NCBI RefSeq assembly: GCF_009914755.1
Contig: NC_060931.1
DNA length: 64,000 nt
Source: the human T2T-CHM13v2.0 reference genome, Homo sapiens
Direction: 5' to 3' (one strand)
Shown here: one piece after another, positions 28,025 through 46,127 of the stretch
How the letters are laid out: every line of letters starts with the position of its first letter
Position numbering within the stretch: the first letter of the stretch is position 1
The notes under the pieces: generated by a model
Database searches by the model: none
What the model saw: only the letters and a program-made list of their open reading frames with translations
Told to the model about the DNA's origin: nothing
Translations under genes and position numbers: made by a program

Positions 28025-28380
28025 GCGGATCTCACAGACCTAGAGAGGAGAAAGGTGGTCACCAGAGGCCTGCAGAGAGAGAGGAAAGGATGGGCAAAGA
28101 GAAGATATTAATCAAAGGTTACAAAGATTCAGCTAGACTGGGGGAATAGGTTTGGCTGATCTCTTGCCCCGCATAGTGACTGCCATTAGTAATAATGTAT
28201 ATCTCCAAATTGTTAAAAGAATAGATTGTTAACATTTTCACCCCATTAAAAAAGATAAATTGGTGAGGTCATAGAATATGTTAATTTGAGTTTTTCTCTA
28301 CTATATATGTAAATCAAAACATCACATTGTACACCGTAAATATACATAATTATTATATGTCAATTTAAAATAAAGTTAAA
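28025..28380 (+). mobile_element. L1MA-type 3' end fragment
   Basis: GGTGGTCACCAGAGGC...AAAACATCACATTGTACACCGTAAATATACATAATT...AAATAAA. Confidence 0.8.
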
Positions 28381-28838
28381 TTTCTTTTAAAAGTATAAAT
28401 TAGATAACGTTAATTCAACACTCACAACCCTTCATTGCTTTCCATGTTACTTATTAAATAGCTCAGGTTCTCAAAATAGCCCACAATATCTTAATGATTT
28501 CACCAATAAGCAAGCTTTTCAGCCACCCTGCCTCTAACTTACTCGTCTCCATTCACACTGGCCTCCTGGTTGTTACTCTAGCATAGCAAGCACACCTCTG
28601 CTCAGGAACCTTATATTTGCTGTTGCTTCTCCTTGGACCTCTATACACGTCACCTTTTCAGATAGAACATCCCTGAAGACCCTCTATAGAATTGTGGCCC
28701 CATACCTGTACTCGGTCCCTGTAATCTCGCCACGAAATGTGGCAGGTTTACATAATACTGTACCCTTAGTGTCTAGAACAATGTCAGGTATTTATTGAGA
28801 AGACATTCAAACTTTGTTGAATGAGAGAATTCATCTTT

Positions 28839-29135
<297 letters not shown>

Positions 29136-29360
29136 GAGAATTCATCTTTTGAGCATGGGGCTCAGCTCTTGTCACTGACTGTGAATCGTATTGTGCTGCT
29201 CACAAAGTTCAATGGTTTTCTTAATGTGGAATAATTTTATGTATGAGCAGATAGAAGGGAACCAAGAGTAACATCTCAAGCTCACCTACCTTGAAAAGTC
29301 CCTTTGTCCTTACACCTTACCACCGCATACTGGATGTGGCAATGAAGTAGAACACCAGCC

Positions 29361-29586
29361 TAGTGTTCCTCAACCTCAGCACTATGACATTTGGGGACAG
29401 ATAATTCCGTGTAGTGGGAGATTGTCCTCTGCATTGTTGCTTAGCCGAATCCTTCCCATAGGCCTAACAGGTGCCAGATACTAGTAACAATGCCTACCTC
29501 CGCCCCTACTCACGTTGTGACAATCAAAAATGTCTCCTGAACTTATCAAAAGTTCCCTGGAGTCGGGAGGGGGAAATTGCCTCTGG
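29361..29586 (+). mobile_element. MER20 (hAT-Charlie MITE)
   Basis: TCAACCTCAGCACTATGACATTTGGGG...GATAATTC...TTGTGACAATCAAAAATGTCTCC. Confidence 0.85.
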
Positions 29587-30149
29587 CCTAGAAGATCTTG
29601 GATGCCTCCTTAGCCTTTGAGGGATGTGAGGATTTCATCAGGAGTTTTATAATTTGGCCTTCACCTACCACACCTTTCTGCCTGAGACTCAGAGAACTGG
29701 GAATCTGTCCTCTTAGGGGCTCCGGTTTTATCCACATTCTCATCACCTCACCTTTAATTTCCTTGATACAGAATTCTTTCTACATTCTCTTCCTATTTGG
29801 AAGGACTTCCCCTTTCATCCTCTTACGAGTTGGTTCCAGCAGAAGTTTGGAGTAAAATTCTTTGATCAGAGTTGCCTGAGTCTGGCTCTTGATTTATAAA
29901 GAAAGTGTATAGAATTTAGAAAATATTTTGATCTTCCACAGAGACTAGCTTTCCCCAAGTCTTTTTCATTCAGAGACTCAAAGAAGTCTAATGTGACAGT
30001 CAAACAACTTTTCTTTGTAGCTGTCATTTGCCCTCCTTCTAAAGCATGGGACCTCAGTGGGCAATGAGTGATAAGCCAGTGGGTGTTACTGTATTAGCAG
30101 AATGAAACCTATAACAATTTTTAACTTAATACAATAAAATTTGGTTTAC

Positions 30150-31059
30150 GAAGGAGGAGCCAAGATGGCCGAATAGGAACAGCTCCGGGTCTACAGCTCC
30201 CAGCGTGAGCGATGCAGAAGATGGGTGATTTCTGGAAATCATCTGAGGTACCGGGTTCATCTCACTAGGGAGTGCCAGACAGTGGGCGCAGGCCAGTGGG
30301 TGCACGCACCACACCGTGCGCGAGCCGAAGCAGGGCGAGGCATTGCCTCACCTGGGAAGCGCAAGGGGTCAGGGAGTTCCCTTTCCGAGTCAAAGAAAGG
30401 GGTGACGGACGCACCTGGAAAATCGGGTCACTCCCACCCGAATATTGAGCTTTCAGACCGGCTTAAAAAACGGTGCACCACGGGACTATATCCCACACCT
30501 GGCTCGGAGGGTCCTACGCCCACGGAGTCTCGCTGATTGCTAGCACAGCAGTCTGAGATCAAACTGCAAGGCGGCAGCGAGGCTGGGGGAGGGGCGCCCG
30601 CCATTGCCCAGGCTTGCTTAGGTAAACAAAGCAGCCAGGAAGCTGGAACTGGGTGGAGCCCACCACAGCTCAAGGAGGCCTGGCTGCCTCTGTAGGCTCC
30701 ACCTCTGGGGGCAGGGCACAGACAAACAAAAAGACAGCAGTAACCTCTGCAGACTTAAATGTCCCTGTCTGACAGCTTTGAAGAGAGCAGTGGTTCTCCC
30801 AGCACGCAGCTGGAGATCTGAAAACGGGCAGACTGCCTCCTCAAGTGGGTCCCTGACCCCTGACCCCCGAGCAGCCTAACTGGGAGGCACCCCCCAGCAG
30901 GGGCACACTGACACCTCACACAGCAGGGTATTCCAACAGACCTGCAGCTGAGGGTCCTGTCTGTTAGAAGGAAAACTAACAAATAGAAAGGACATCCACA
31001 CCGAAAACCCATCTGTACATCACCATCATCAAAGACCAAAAGTAGATAAAACCACAAAG
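30150..31059. promoter_or_regulatory. L1 5'UTR sense/antisense promoter (CpG-rich), YY1 site intact
   Basis: CAAGATGGCC at 30161-30170; many CpGs retained. Confidence 0.8.
30428..30604 (-). pseudogene. L1 ORF0, frameshifted (58 aa)
   Basis: MAGAPPPASLPPCSLISDCC... departs from ORF0 after RSE. Confidence 0.8.
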
Positions 31060-32074
31060 ATGGGGAGAAAACAGAACAGAAAAACTGGAAACTCTAAAAC
31101 GCAGAACACCTCTCCTCCTCCAAAGGAACGCAGCTCCTCACCAGCAACGGAACAAAGCTGGATGGAGAATGACTTTGACGAGCTGAGAGAAGAAGGCTTC
31201 AGACGATCAAATTACTCTGAGCTACGGGAGGACATTCAAACCAAAGGCAAAGAAGTTGAAAACTTTGAAAAAAATTTAGAAGAATGTATAACTAGAATAA
31301 CCAATACAGAGAAGTGCTTAAAGGAGCTGATGGAGCTGAAAACCAAGGCTCGAGAACTACGTGAAGAATGCAGAAGCCTCAGGAGCCGATGCGATCAACC
31401 GGAAGAAAGGGTATCAGCGATGGAAGATGAAATGAATGAAATGAAGCGAGAAGGGAAGTTTAGAGAAAAAAGAATAAAAAGAAATGAGCAAAGCCTCCAA
31501 GAAATATGGGACTGTGAAAAGACCAAATCTACGTCTGATTGGTGTACCTGAAAATGATGTGGAGAATGGAACCAAGTTGGAAAACACTCTGCAGGATATT
31601 ATCCAGGAGAACTTCCCCAATCTAGCAAGGCAGGCCAACGTTCAGATTCAGGAAATACAGAGAACGCCACAAAGATACTCCTCGAGAAGAGCAACTCCAA
31701 GACACATAATTGTCAGATTCACCGAAGTTGAAATGAAGGAAAAAATGTTAAGGGCAGCCAGAGAGAAAGGTCAGGTTACCCTCAAAGGGAAGCCCATCAG
31801 ACTAACAGCGGATCTCTCGGCAGAAACCCTACAAGCCAGAAGAGAGTGGGGGCCAATATTCAACATTCTTAAAGAAAAGAATTTTCAACCCAGAATTTCA
31901 TATCCAGCCAAACTAAGCTTCATAAGTGAAGGAGAAATAAAATACTTTACAGACAAGCAAATGCTGAGAGATTTTGTCACCACCAAGCCTGCCCTAAAAG
32001 AGCTCCTGAAGGAAGCGCTAAACATGGAAAGGAACAACCGGTACCAGCTGCTGCAAAATCATGCCAAAATGTAA
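31060..32074 (+). pseudogene. L1 ORF1p, frameshifted
   Basis: MGRKQNRKTGNS... split into two ORFs by a 2-bp deletion near 31513 (GGACTGTGAA vs GGACTATGTGAA in the second L1). Confidence 0.95.
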
Positions 32075-32113
32075 AGACCATCGAGACTAGGAAGAAACTG
32101 CATCAACTAATGA

Positions 32114-35966
<3,853 letters not shown>

Positions 35967-37779
35967 ACAATGAGATCACATGGACACATGAAGGGGAGTA
36001 CCACACTCTGGGGACTGTGGTGGGGTGGGGGGAGGGGGGAGGGATAGCATTTGGAGGTATACCTAAGGCTAGATGACAAGTTAGTGGGTGCAGCGCACCA
36101 GCATGGCACATGTATACATATGTAACTAACCTGCACAATGTGCACATGTACCCTAAAACTTAAAGTATAATAATAAAAAAAATAAATAATAAAATTTGGT
36201 TTACAATCTTCAAGAACATTATAACCATTATATATAATACATGGTAATTTTCAAGTATCTCAAACACACATAGAATTTCATAGAGAGGTATAAATATTTA
36301 TGCCAAAACACATGGTATAATGATTTCTTTCCTTTGATTAAGAGGCATTTTTATAGTGATCATTATTAAATGAAATAAATATTTGCATGTGGTACAGTAT
36401 ACAATCCTTTCATTACGAAATGTTATTTTAAAAGTATGTATTGGGTCCTGAATCACGATGTTTTAAAATGTTTGATTTTAATGAGTCATTGAATATGTAT
36501 TAGCTTTTATGAGATGCACATATTTGGAATATGGCTGTATTCGTCAGCATAAGGATGATTTAAATTTTCTTAAAATAGACTATTAGGATGCAGATGTTCT
36601 TGCTGACAGGTGCTTCTAAAGCATTAAAAATACATGTAACCACAGTGCTTTTGACAATGTAATTCTGTTGCCTTCACACCTATTAAGTTGAGCAATTTCC
36701 CTTATTTTTCTCAAACATGCATACTAATAAAGTCATCTATCAGTGTTTACATATATCTAATAATTGGAAAATTACATTTTTTATCCATAATAAGAAAAAA
36801 GATAAATACAATTTTGTGGGAAATGCTATGTTAGCTCTCAAATAATGTAAGTTTAGCAGGGCCTCAGGGTAACAATGTTTTAAATTAATCTTTTGGTACT
36901 ATACATCAATTTATATTGAAATCATCAATTTATATTCAAATACCTGTAGTGCTAAGACCATGTTTTATTTGTAATATCCCCTTTAAACCTCAAGAAAGAG
37001 TCCTTATTCTAATCTCATAATTTAGTGATAAAATGTATATTCACTTTCCCATTTGTGGCATAATTTTCTTAGATGTCAAACATTATTTTTCTAGACTGTG
37101 AAAAACAAAGGCTTTAGTACTATTTATTTGACTGCGGGAATGAAAATAACATTGTTGAGTATCTGCCCTAAGCCAATTACTGTGCTAATGACTTTTCTTT
37201 TAGAATATTGTTGCCTCTTTATTCTCTTAATCATTTTAACATTCTTTATTTTGACCCACTGCAGTAACATTTGATATACTCATATGTTATACGACAAGTA
37301 AACATTTCATTTGCTCCCTTCCTTTGTTGATTTCATAATTTCATGTTATATGTAGATGATGTCTTCAGGAAAATTAATGACTCCTTTATTGGTTAATGGA
37401 GTTTATCACTTTTCATAAGACAAGTTTAAGTAATGTCTATAGATTCTGGGTTAGATAAATCAGCAAAGTTTCATAGAGAAAGAGGGCCTGAACCTCGAAA
37501 GTTAATTATGCTTTAGAAGGCAAAAATGAGCAGCGGGTCTTTTCAGAAGCGCATAGGGAATATGTAGGATTCCCTAGGTACTAGTAGTTGGCCAGGTTAG
37601 CTGACGTGCATGGTATCTGTAAGAGAGCTGCGAATATGGAAAGAGGATGAGGCTGCAACATTGGTGCCTTCTTCATTCAGAGAAGGCACTGGAATGCCAA
37701 GCTAAGGGGTTTGTGATTTTCCTGTAGGTCCTAGAAGGTGAAAAAGTTTGATGAAAATTTTTACACAGAGAAGAGAAAG

Positions 37780-38124
37780 TGAGTTTGTTATTTCAGGCTG
37801 CTATAACAAATGATATTAGACTGAGTGGTTTATAAATGAGAGTAATTTATTTCTCACAGTTCTTCAGGCTGAGAAGTCTAAAACCAGGGTGCCAGCATGG
37901 TTGAGTTTTTGGTGGTGGCCCTCTTTCGGCAAGGAGACTGCCAACTTCTTGTTATATCCTCACATGGCACAGAGCTCAAAGAAGCAAGCTTTCTTGGGAT
38001 TCTAAGGTCTTAATCCCATGTGTGAAGGCTCTACCCCCATGACTTCATCTAATCCCTATTACCTCCCAAAGCCCCTCTCCTAATGGCGTCACATAGATAA
38101 GTGGGGTATCAACATATGGATTCT
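37780..38124 (-). mobile_element. MLT1A-type LTR, main part (remainder at 44359-44389)
   Basis: TCAGGCTGCTATAACAAA...TTTATTTCTCACAGTTC...TCAACATATGGATTCT, continuing GAGGAGATGACAAACATTT after the L1. Confidence 0.85.
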
Positions 38125-41100
38125 TTTTTTTTTCAATAGGTTTTTGGGGAACAGGTGGTGTTTGGTGACATGAACAAGTTCTTTAGTGGTGATTTCTGAG
38201 ATTTTGGAGCACCCATCACCTGAGCAGTGTACACCGTACCCAATGTGTAGTTTTTTATTCCTCACCACCCTCCTACCCTTTCCCCTGAGTCCCCAAAGTC
38301 CCTTGTAACATTCTTATGCCTTTGCATCCTCACAGCTTAGCTCCCACTTATGAGTGAGAACATACGATATTTGATTTTCCATTCCTGAGTTACTTCACTT
38401 AGAATAATGGTCTCCAGTTTCATCCAGGTTGCTATGAATGCCAATATTTCATTATTTATGGCTTTTTAAAAGTAATGTTTTTTTAAAACATTATTTATGC
38501 TTTATGGCTCAGTCGTATTCATATATATATGAATACACACCACATTTTCTTTATCCACTCTTTGACTGGTGGGCATTTGGGCTGGTTCCATTTTTAATTG
38601 TGAATGGTGATGCTATAAACATATGTGCAAGTATCTTTTTTGTATAGTGATTTTTTTTCCCTCTGGGTAGGTACCCAGGGCACGATTACTGGATCAAATT
38701 GTGGATCCACTTTTAGTTCTTTAAGGAATCTCCACACTGTTTTTCACAGTAGTTGTCCTAGTTTTCCTTCCCACCAGCTGTGTAAAAGTGTTCCCTTTTC
38801 AACACATCCACGCCAACATCTATTATTTTTTTTTAATTTTTTTATTATGGCCATTCTTGCAGGACTAAGAGGGTATCACATTGTGGTTTTGATTTACATT
38901 TCCCTGGTCATTAGTGATGTTGAGTATTTTTTCATGTGTTTGTTAGCCATTTGTATATCTTCCTTTGAGAATTGTATATTCATGTCCTTAGCTCACTTTT
39001 TGGTGGGATTGTTTTTTTGTCTAGTTGATTTGTTTCAGTTCCTTGTAGATTCTGGATATTAGTTCTTTGTCTGATTTATAGATTATAAAGATTTTCTCCC
39101 ACTCTGTGGGTTGTCTCTTCACTCTGCTGATTATTTCTTTTGCTGTGCAGAAAGAAGCTCTTTAGTTTAATTAGGTTCCATCAATTTATCTTTGTTTTTT
39201 TGTTTTTTTGTTTTTTTTGCATTTTCTTTTGGGTTCTTGGTCATGAAGTCTTTGCCTACACCAAGGTCTAGAAGGGTTTTCCCAATGTTATCTTCTAGAA
39301 TTTTTATAGTTTCAAGACTTATATTTAGGTTTTTGATCCATCTTGAGTTAATTTTTGTATAAGGTGAGAGATGAGGATCCAGTTTTCTTCTTCCACATGT
39401 GGCTTGTCAGTTATCCCAGCACCATTTGTTAAATAGGGTATACTTTCCCCACTTTATATTTTTGTTTCCTTTTTCAAAGATCAGTTGACTATAAGTATTT
39501 GGCTCTATTTATGGGTTCTCTATTCTGTGGTCTACATGACTGTTTTTATACCAGTACCATGCTGTTTTGGTGACTATGGCCTTATAGTATAGGTTGAAGT
39601 AGGGTAATGTAATGCCTCTAGATTTGTTATTTTCACTTAGTCTTGCTTTGGCTGTGCAGATTCTTTTCTGATGCCATATAAATTTTAGAACTTTTTCTTC
39701 TAGTTTTCTGAGGAATAATGGTGGTATTTTGATGGAAATTGCATTGAATTTGTAACTTGCTTTTGGCAGTATGGTCATTTTCACAATATTGATTCTACCC
39801 ATGCATGAGCATGAAATGTGTTTCCATTTGTTTGTGTCATCTATGATTTCTTTCAGCAGTGTTTTGTAATTTTCCTTGTAGAAGTCTTTCACCTCCTTGA
39901 TTAAGTATATTCTAAGTTTTTTTGTTCGTTTGTTTGTTTGTTTTTGCAGCTATCGTAAAAGGAGTTGAGTTCTTGATTTGATTCTCAGTTTCATCACTGT
40001 GTATGTATAGAGCTACTGATTTTTGTACATTAATTTTGTATCCTGAAACTTTGCTGAATTCATCTACCAGTTCTAGGAGCTTTATGTATGAGTCTTTAGG
40101 GTTTTCTAGGTATAGAATTATATCATCAGCAAAAACAGTTTGACTTCCTCTCTACTGATTTAGATACACTTTATTTCTTTCTCTCGTCTGCTTGCTCTGG
40201 CTAGGACTTCCAGTACTATGTTGAATAGAAGTGGTGAAAGTGGGCATCCTTGCCTTGTTCCAGTTCTCAGGGCAAGTATTTTCAGCTTTTATCCATTCAG
40301 TATAATGTTGACTGTGGGTTTGTTATATATGGCTTTTATTACCTTAAGGTATGTCCTTCTATGCCGATTTTGCTGAGGATTTTAATCATAAAAGGATGCT
40401 GGATTTTGTCAAATGTTTTTTCTGCATCTATTGAGATGATCATGTGATTTTCATTTTAAATTCTGTTTATGTGGTATATCACATTTATTGACTTGTTGAT
40501 GTTAAACCATCCCTGCATCCTTGTTATGAGACCCACTTGATCATGATGGATTATCTTTTTGATATGCTGTTGGACTTGGTTAGCTAGTATTTTATCGAGA
40601 ATTTTTTGCATCTGTGTTCATTAAAGATATTGGTCTATAGTTTTCCATTTTGTTATGTCCTTTCTTGGTTTTGGTATTAGAGTGATACTGGATTCAAAGA
40701 ATGATTTAGAGAGGATTCCCTCTTTCTCTTTCTCTTTCTCTAAAAATATTGTCAATAAGATTGGTACCAATTATTCTTTAAATGTCTGATTGAATTCAAC
40801 TGTTAATCTATCTGGTCCTGGACTTTTGTTGTTGTTGATGATAACTTTTTAATTACCATTTCAATCTTGCTACTTGTTATTGGTCTGTTCAGAGTTTCTA
40901 TTTCTTACTAGTTTAATCTAGGAGGGTTGTATATTTCCAGGAATTTATCCATCTCCTCTAGGTTTTCTAGTTTATGCATGTAAAGATTTTCAGGGTAGCC
41001 TTGAATGATCTTTTGTATTTCTGTGGTAGCAGTTGTTTTATTTCTAACTGAGCTTATTTGGATCTTTTCTCTTCTTTTTTTGGTTAATCTCACTAATAGT

Positions 41101-44100
41101 CTAGAAATTTTATTTATCTTTTCAAAGAACCAGCTTTTTGTATCATTTATCTTTTGTATTTTTTGTTTGTTTTGATTTCATTTAGTTCTGCTCTGATCTG
41201 GATTATTTCTTTTCTTCTGCTGAGTTTGGGTTTGGTTTGTTCTTGTTTCTCTAGCCTCCTTGAGGTGTGACCTTAGACAGTCTATTTGTGTCTTTCAGAC
41301 TTTCTGATGTAGGCATATAATGCTATGAATTTCCCTCTTGTCACTGCCTTTGCTGTATCTCAGAGGTTTTGATACGTTGTGTCACTATTATCATTCAGTT
41401 CAAAGAAATTTTTAATTTCCTTCTGGATTTCATTGTTGACCCAATGATCATTGAGGATCAGGTTATTTAATTTCCAGGTACTTGCATGGTTTTGAGAGTT
41501 TCTTTTGGAGTTGATTTCAAATTTTATTCCACTGTGGTCTGAGAGAGTACTTGATATAATTTTGATTTTCTTAAATTTGATTTGTGTCTTATCATATGAT
41601 CTATCTTGGAGAATGTTCCATGAGCTGATAAATAGAATGTATATTCTGCAGTTGTTGGTTAGAATGTTCTGTAAATATCTGTTAAGTCCATTTGTTCCAG
41701 GGTATAGTTTAAGTCCGTTGTTTGTTGACTTTCTGTCTTGATAACCTGTCCAGTGCTGTCAGTGGAGTATTGAGGTCCCCCAGTATTATTGTGTTGCTGT
41801 CAATCTCATTTCTTAGGTCCAGTAAGTAATTGTTGTATAAATATGGGAGCTCCAGTGTTAGGTGCATGTATACTTAGGATTATGATATTTTCCTGTTGCA
41901 CTAGTGCTTTTATCATGATATAATGTCCTTCTTTGTCTTTTGATATGGTTTGGCTGTGCCCCCACCCACATCTCATCTTGAATTGTAGCTCGCACAATTC
42001 CCACATGTTGTGGGAGGGACCCAGTTGGAGGTAATTGAATCATGGGGTGGGTCTTTCCTGTGCTATACCCATGATGTTGATTAAGTCTCACAAGATCTGA
42101 CGGTTTTATAAAAGGGAGTTTTCCTGTACAATTTCTCTCTTTGCCTGCTGCCATCCATGTAAGACATGACTTTGCACCTCCTTGCTTTCCACCATGATTG
42201 TGAGGCCTCTCCAGCCATGTGTAACTGTTAGTCAATTAAATCTCTTTTCTTTCCACGTTACCCAGTCTTGGGTATGTCTCTATCAGCAGTGTAAAAATGA
42301 ACTAATACGTCTTTTTTAACTGCTGTTGCTTTAAAGTTTGTTTTCTCTGATAGAATAATAGATAACCCAGTGCTCTTTTGGTGTTCATTTGCATGAAATA
42401 CCTTTTTCCACCCCTTTACCTTAAGTTTATGCAAGTCCACATGTGTCAGGTGAGTCTCTTGAAGACAGCAGCTACTTGGTTGGTGAATTATTCATTATGC
42501 CATTCTGTATCTTTAAAGTGGAGTATTTAGGCCATTTACATTCAATATTAGTATTGAGAGGTGAGGTATTGTTTTATTCATCATGTTATTTGTTTCCTGA
42601 ATACCTTGGTTTATTTTCATTATGTTGTTGTTTTATAGGTCCTGTGAGATTTATGCTCTAAGGAGATTCTATTTTGGTGTGTTTCGAGGATTTTTTTCAA
42701 GATTTAGAGCTCCTTTTAGCAGTTCTTATAGTGCTGGCTTGGTAGTAGTGAATTCTTTCAAAATTTGTTTGTCTGAAAAAGATTATCTTTCTTTCATTTA
42801 TGAAGCTTAGTTTCACTAGATACACAATTCTTGCCTGACAATGTTTGGTTTAACGAGGCTAAAGATAGGACTCCAGTCCCTTCTAGCTTGTAGAGTTTCT
42901 GCTGAGAGATCTGCTGTTAATCTGATAGGTTTTCCTTTATAGGTTACCTCATGCTTTTGCCTCACAACTTATAAGATTATTTCCTTTATCTTGAATTTAG
43001 ATAACCTGATGACAATGTGCCTAGGCAGTGATCCTTTTGCAATGAATTTCGCAGGTGTTTTTTGAGCTTCTTGTATTTGGATGTCTAGATCCCCAGCAAG
43101 GTCAGGGAAGTTTTCCTCAGTTATTCCCTCAAATATGTTTTCCAAACTTTTAGATTTCTCTTCTTCCTCAGAAACACCAATTATTCTTAGGTTTGGTCAT
43201 TTACCATAATTGCAAACTTATTGGAGGTTTGCTCCTTTTTTAAAAATTCATTTTTCTATTTCTTTGTCAGATTGGGTTAATTCAAAAGCCTTGTCTTTGA
43301 CCTCTGAGGTTCTTTCTTCTACTTGTTTGATTCCATTGCTGAGACTTGCCAGTGCATTTTGCAGCTCTCTAAGTGTGTCCTTCATTTCCAGAAGCTGTGA
43401 TTATATTTTATTTTTTGCTACATACTTCACTGGAGAGTTTTCCATTAATATCCTGTATCATTTTTTTGACTTCTTTATGTTGGATTTCACCTTTCTTTGG
43501 TGTCTTCTTGTTTAGCTTAATAGTTGACCTTCTGAATGGTTTTTCTGGCAATTCAGAGATTTTGTCTTGGTTTGGATTCATTGCTGGTGAGTAATGTGAT
43601 CGTTTGAGGGTGTTAAAGAAACTTGTTTTTGCCATATTACCAGAATTGTTTTCTGGTTCATTCTCATTTGGGTAGACTATGTCAGAGGGAAGATCTGGGA
43701 CTCAAGGGCTGCTGTTCAGATTATTTTGTCCCATGGGGGTCCTCCCTTGATGTGGTGCTCTCCTCTTCCCCTTAGGGATGGGGCTTCCTGAGAGCCAAAC
43801 TGCAGTGGTTGTTATTTGTCTTCTGGATCTAGCCAACCAGTAGAGCTACTGGGCTCCAGGCTGGTACTGGAGAGTATCTGCAAACAGTCCTGTGATGTGA
43901 TCCATCTTCGGGTCTTTCAGCCATGGATACCAGCAGCTGCTCCAGTGGAGGTAGCAGGGGAGTGAAGTGGACTCTGTTAGGGTCCTTGGTTGTATTTTTG
44001 TTACATGCTCTGGTTTTGCTTTTGCTCGCCTCCAGCCAGGAGGTGGCACGTTCAAGAGCACATCAGCTAAGGCAGTATAAGGAGGATCAGGCAGTGGGCG

Positions 44101-44342
44101 GGGCATACAGCTCCCAAGAGATTACATCCTTTGTCTTCAGAGTTCCTTGACTGTCCCATGGAGCCTGTAGCAGCAGTCTACCTCTTTCAAAGGGTCTGTG
44201 GATTCTTTTGGCTTTCCTGGTATGTTCCTGCAGTAGTTCTTGGAGCACAAGTTTACAATGTGGGTCTCCACATGCTGCTCTGTCCATCTAAGTGGGAGCT
44301 GCAAGTTGGTCCTTCCTCCTATCTGCCAATTTTCCTCCATTC
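38125..44342 (-). mobile_element. Full-length L1PB1-like LINE-1 (decayed)
   Basis: Poly-T plus TTTTGGGGAACAGGTGGTGTTTGG L1PB 3' end; minus-strand ORF2/ORF1 relic peptides; perfect 16-bp TSD TCAACATATGGATTCT at 38109 and 44343. Confidence 0.94.
41941..42309 (+). mobile_element. THE1B-type solo LTR inserted in L1PB1 ORF2
   Basis: TGATATGGTTTGGCTGTG...ACTAATACG; TSD TCTTT/TCTTT. Confidence 0.93.
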
Positions 44343-44449
44343 TCAACATATGGATTCTGAGGAGATGACAAACATTTAATACATAATAATAAGATTTAAT
44401 AAAATCATGATTTTATAAGCAGATAGAAAAGCCTGACAAGGGGAAATAT

Positions 44450-44927
44450 TACTAAGAGAGTACATCTCAAATGTTACCATAAAAATGTGAAATACTGGCC
44501 AGGCGTGGTGGCTTATGCCTGTAAGCCCAGCACTTTGGGAGGCCGAGGAGAGCAGATCACCTGAGGTCAGGCGTTCAAGACCAGCCTGGGCAAGGTGGTG
44601 AAACTCCATCTCTACTAAAAATACAAAAATTAGTCGATCATGGTGGCAGGTGCCTGTAATCTCAGCTATTCAGGAGGTTGAGGCAGGAGAATCACTTGAA
44701 ACTGGGATGCGGAGGTTGCAGTGAGCTGAGATTCCACGCCATTGCACTCCAGCCTGGAAGCCAAAAATGAAACTCCATTAAAAAAAAAAAGTCAAATACT
44801 GAAGGTGATAAATAGGTTAATTACCTTGATCTAATCATGCCATATTGTATTGAAAAATAATAACATCACTTTTTGTCCCATAAATATACACAACAATAAT
44901 TTGTCAATATATAATTAAAAAGAAAAA
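44450..44927 (+). mobile_element. L1MA-type 3' end interrupted by an Alu
   Basis: CTAAGAGAGTACATCTCAAATGTT...GGTGATAAATAGGTTAATTACCTTGAT...CCCATAAATATACACAA. Confidence 0.7.
44497..44790 (+). mobile_element. AluS (Sq/Sx-type)
   Basis: Full dimer with CACCTGAGGTCAGG; TSD AAAAATGTGAAATACT/AAAAAAGTCAAATACT. Confidence 0.93.
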
Positions 44928-45399
44928 GTGATTTCTAGAAGATGTTTGGAAGGAAATCAGATGGTAAATCATATTTACTATGTCTTTAATAATTTCACAC
45001 TGTAGCCGTTTCATGTTTTAAAAATTGTAATAAAAATAAAAAGTATAGTTCTATACTTAAATTTTTTCATTGAATGTTGAACTGTCCACTATGAGGGTTG
45101 TGGATTTTAGTTAATCTTTCACTTTGGAAATGCCTTTGCAGACTAAATTTTGTTTAAGTGCACGAGTTGTGAGTAAGCCTGAAAATAGTTTCCTTTTTTC
45201 TAATTTTGCATAAAAGTGACATAAATGCCAGCTGCTGCAGCTCAGAGCAAAGAAAACAGATAATAGATACAGGAACCAGTAAAACAATGCTTTCAGAGAA
45301 TAGTGCTGTAAAGAAAATAAATTAAGATAATAAATGGTAGGGCATATTTTAGGGCAATGTTATGTAATTAGTAAAAAATGGACATTCCACTGAAGCTCA

Positions 45400-45660
45400 A
45401 AGAGCTACATGTTGTATGATTCCATGAATATATCTTCTAGAAAAGGAAAAATTATAAGAACACAAAACAGATCATTGGTTTCCTGGGGCATGCAGCAGCA
45501 GAAGAGGTGGACTACCAAGAGGCACAGTGAGGTGTTATGGGAGATTAGACTGTTCTATGTCTTGATTGTGGTGGTAATTATATTATGTGTTTCTCAAAAC
45601 TTGCAGAATTGCAACATAAAAAGGGTACATTTTTACTATAAATTAATTAGGAATAAAAAC
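45400..45660 (+). mobile_element. Old L1M (MD/ME) 3' fragment
   Basis: TGTATGATTCCA...AAAACAGATCATTGGTTTCCTGGGG...CTTGATTGTGGTGGT. Confidence 0.7.
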
Positions 45661-45801
45661 TAATGAAAAGGAAAAACAATGTCCTGAGAACAGGATATAT
45701 GACTTGAGATGCGAATGATGAATCCCAGGCAGATGGATCTGCAAGTGAAACCTAAGCCAGAACATCCTTCGTTTGTTTGAGAAACAGGAAGGCAAGAGTC
45801 G

Positions 45802-46127
45802 TGTATTAGTTCTCATGCGGCTAACAAAGATGTACCCAAGACTGGGTAATTTATTTTAAAATAGGGGTTTAATCGACTCACAGTTCTGCATAGCTGGGGA
45901 GGCCTCATAATCATGGTGGAAGGCAAAGGAGGAGCAGAGTCACGTTTTACATGACATGAGAGCTTGTGCGGGGGAATTCCCATTTATTAAATAATCACTA
46001 CTACGAGAACAGTATTGGGGAAATCACCTCACGATTCAATTATCTCCACCTGGCCCCACCTTTGACATGTGGGGATTATTGCAATTCAAGATGAGATTTG
46101 GGGTGGGGACACAGCCAAACCATTTCA
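45802..46127 (-). mobile_element. THE1C-type solo LTR
   Basis: TGTATTAGTTCTCATGC...GGGGACACAGCCAAACCATTTCA. Confidence 0.9.

Noticed and set aside
30134-30143. Both young L1 target sites contain ATAAAATTTG (also 52791-52800)
   Set aside because: Largely explained by the endonuclease preference for T/AAAA in AT-rich DNA; the flanks are otherwise unrelated.
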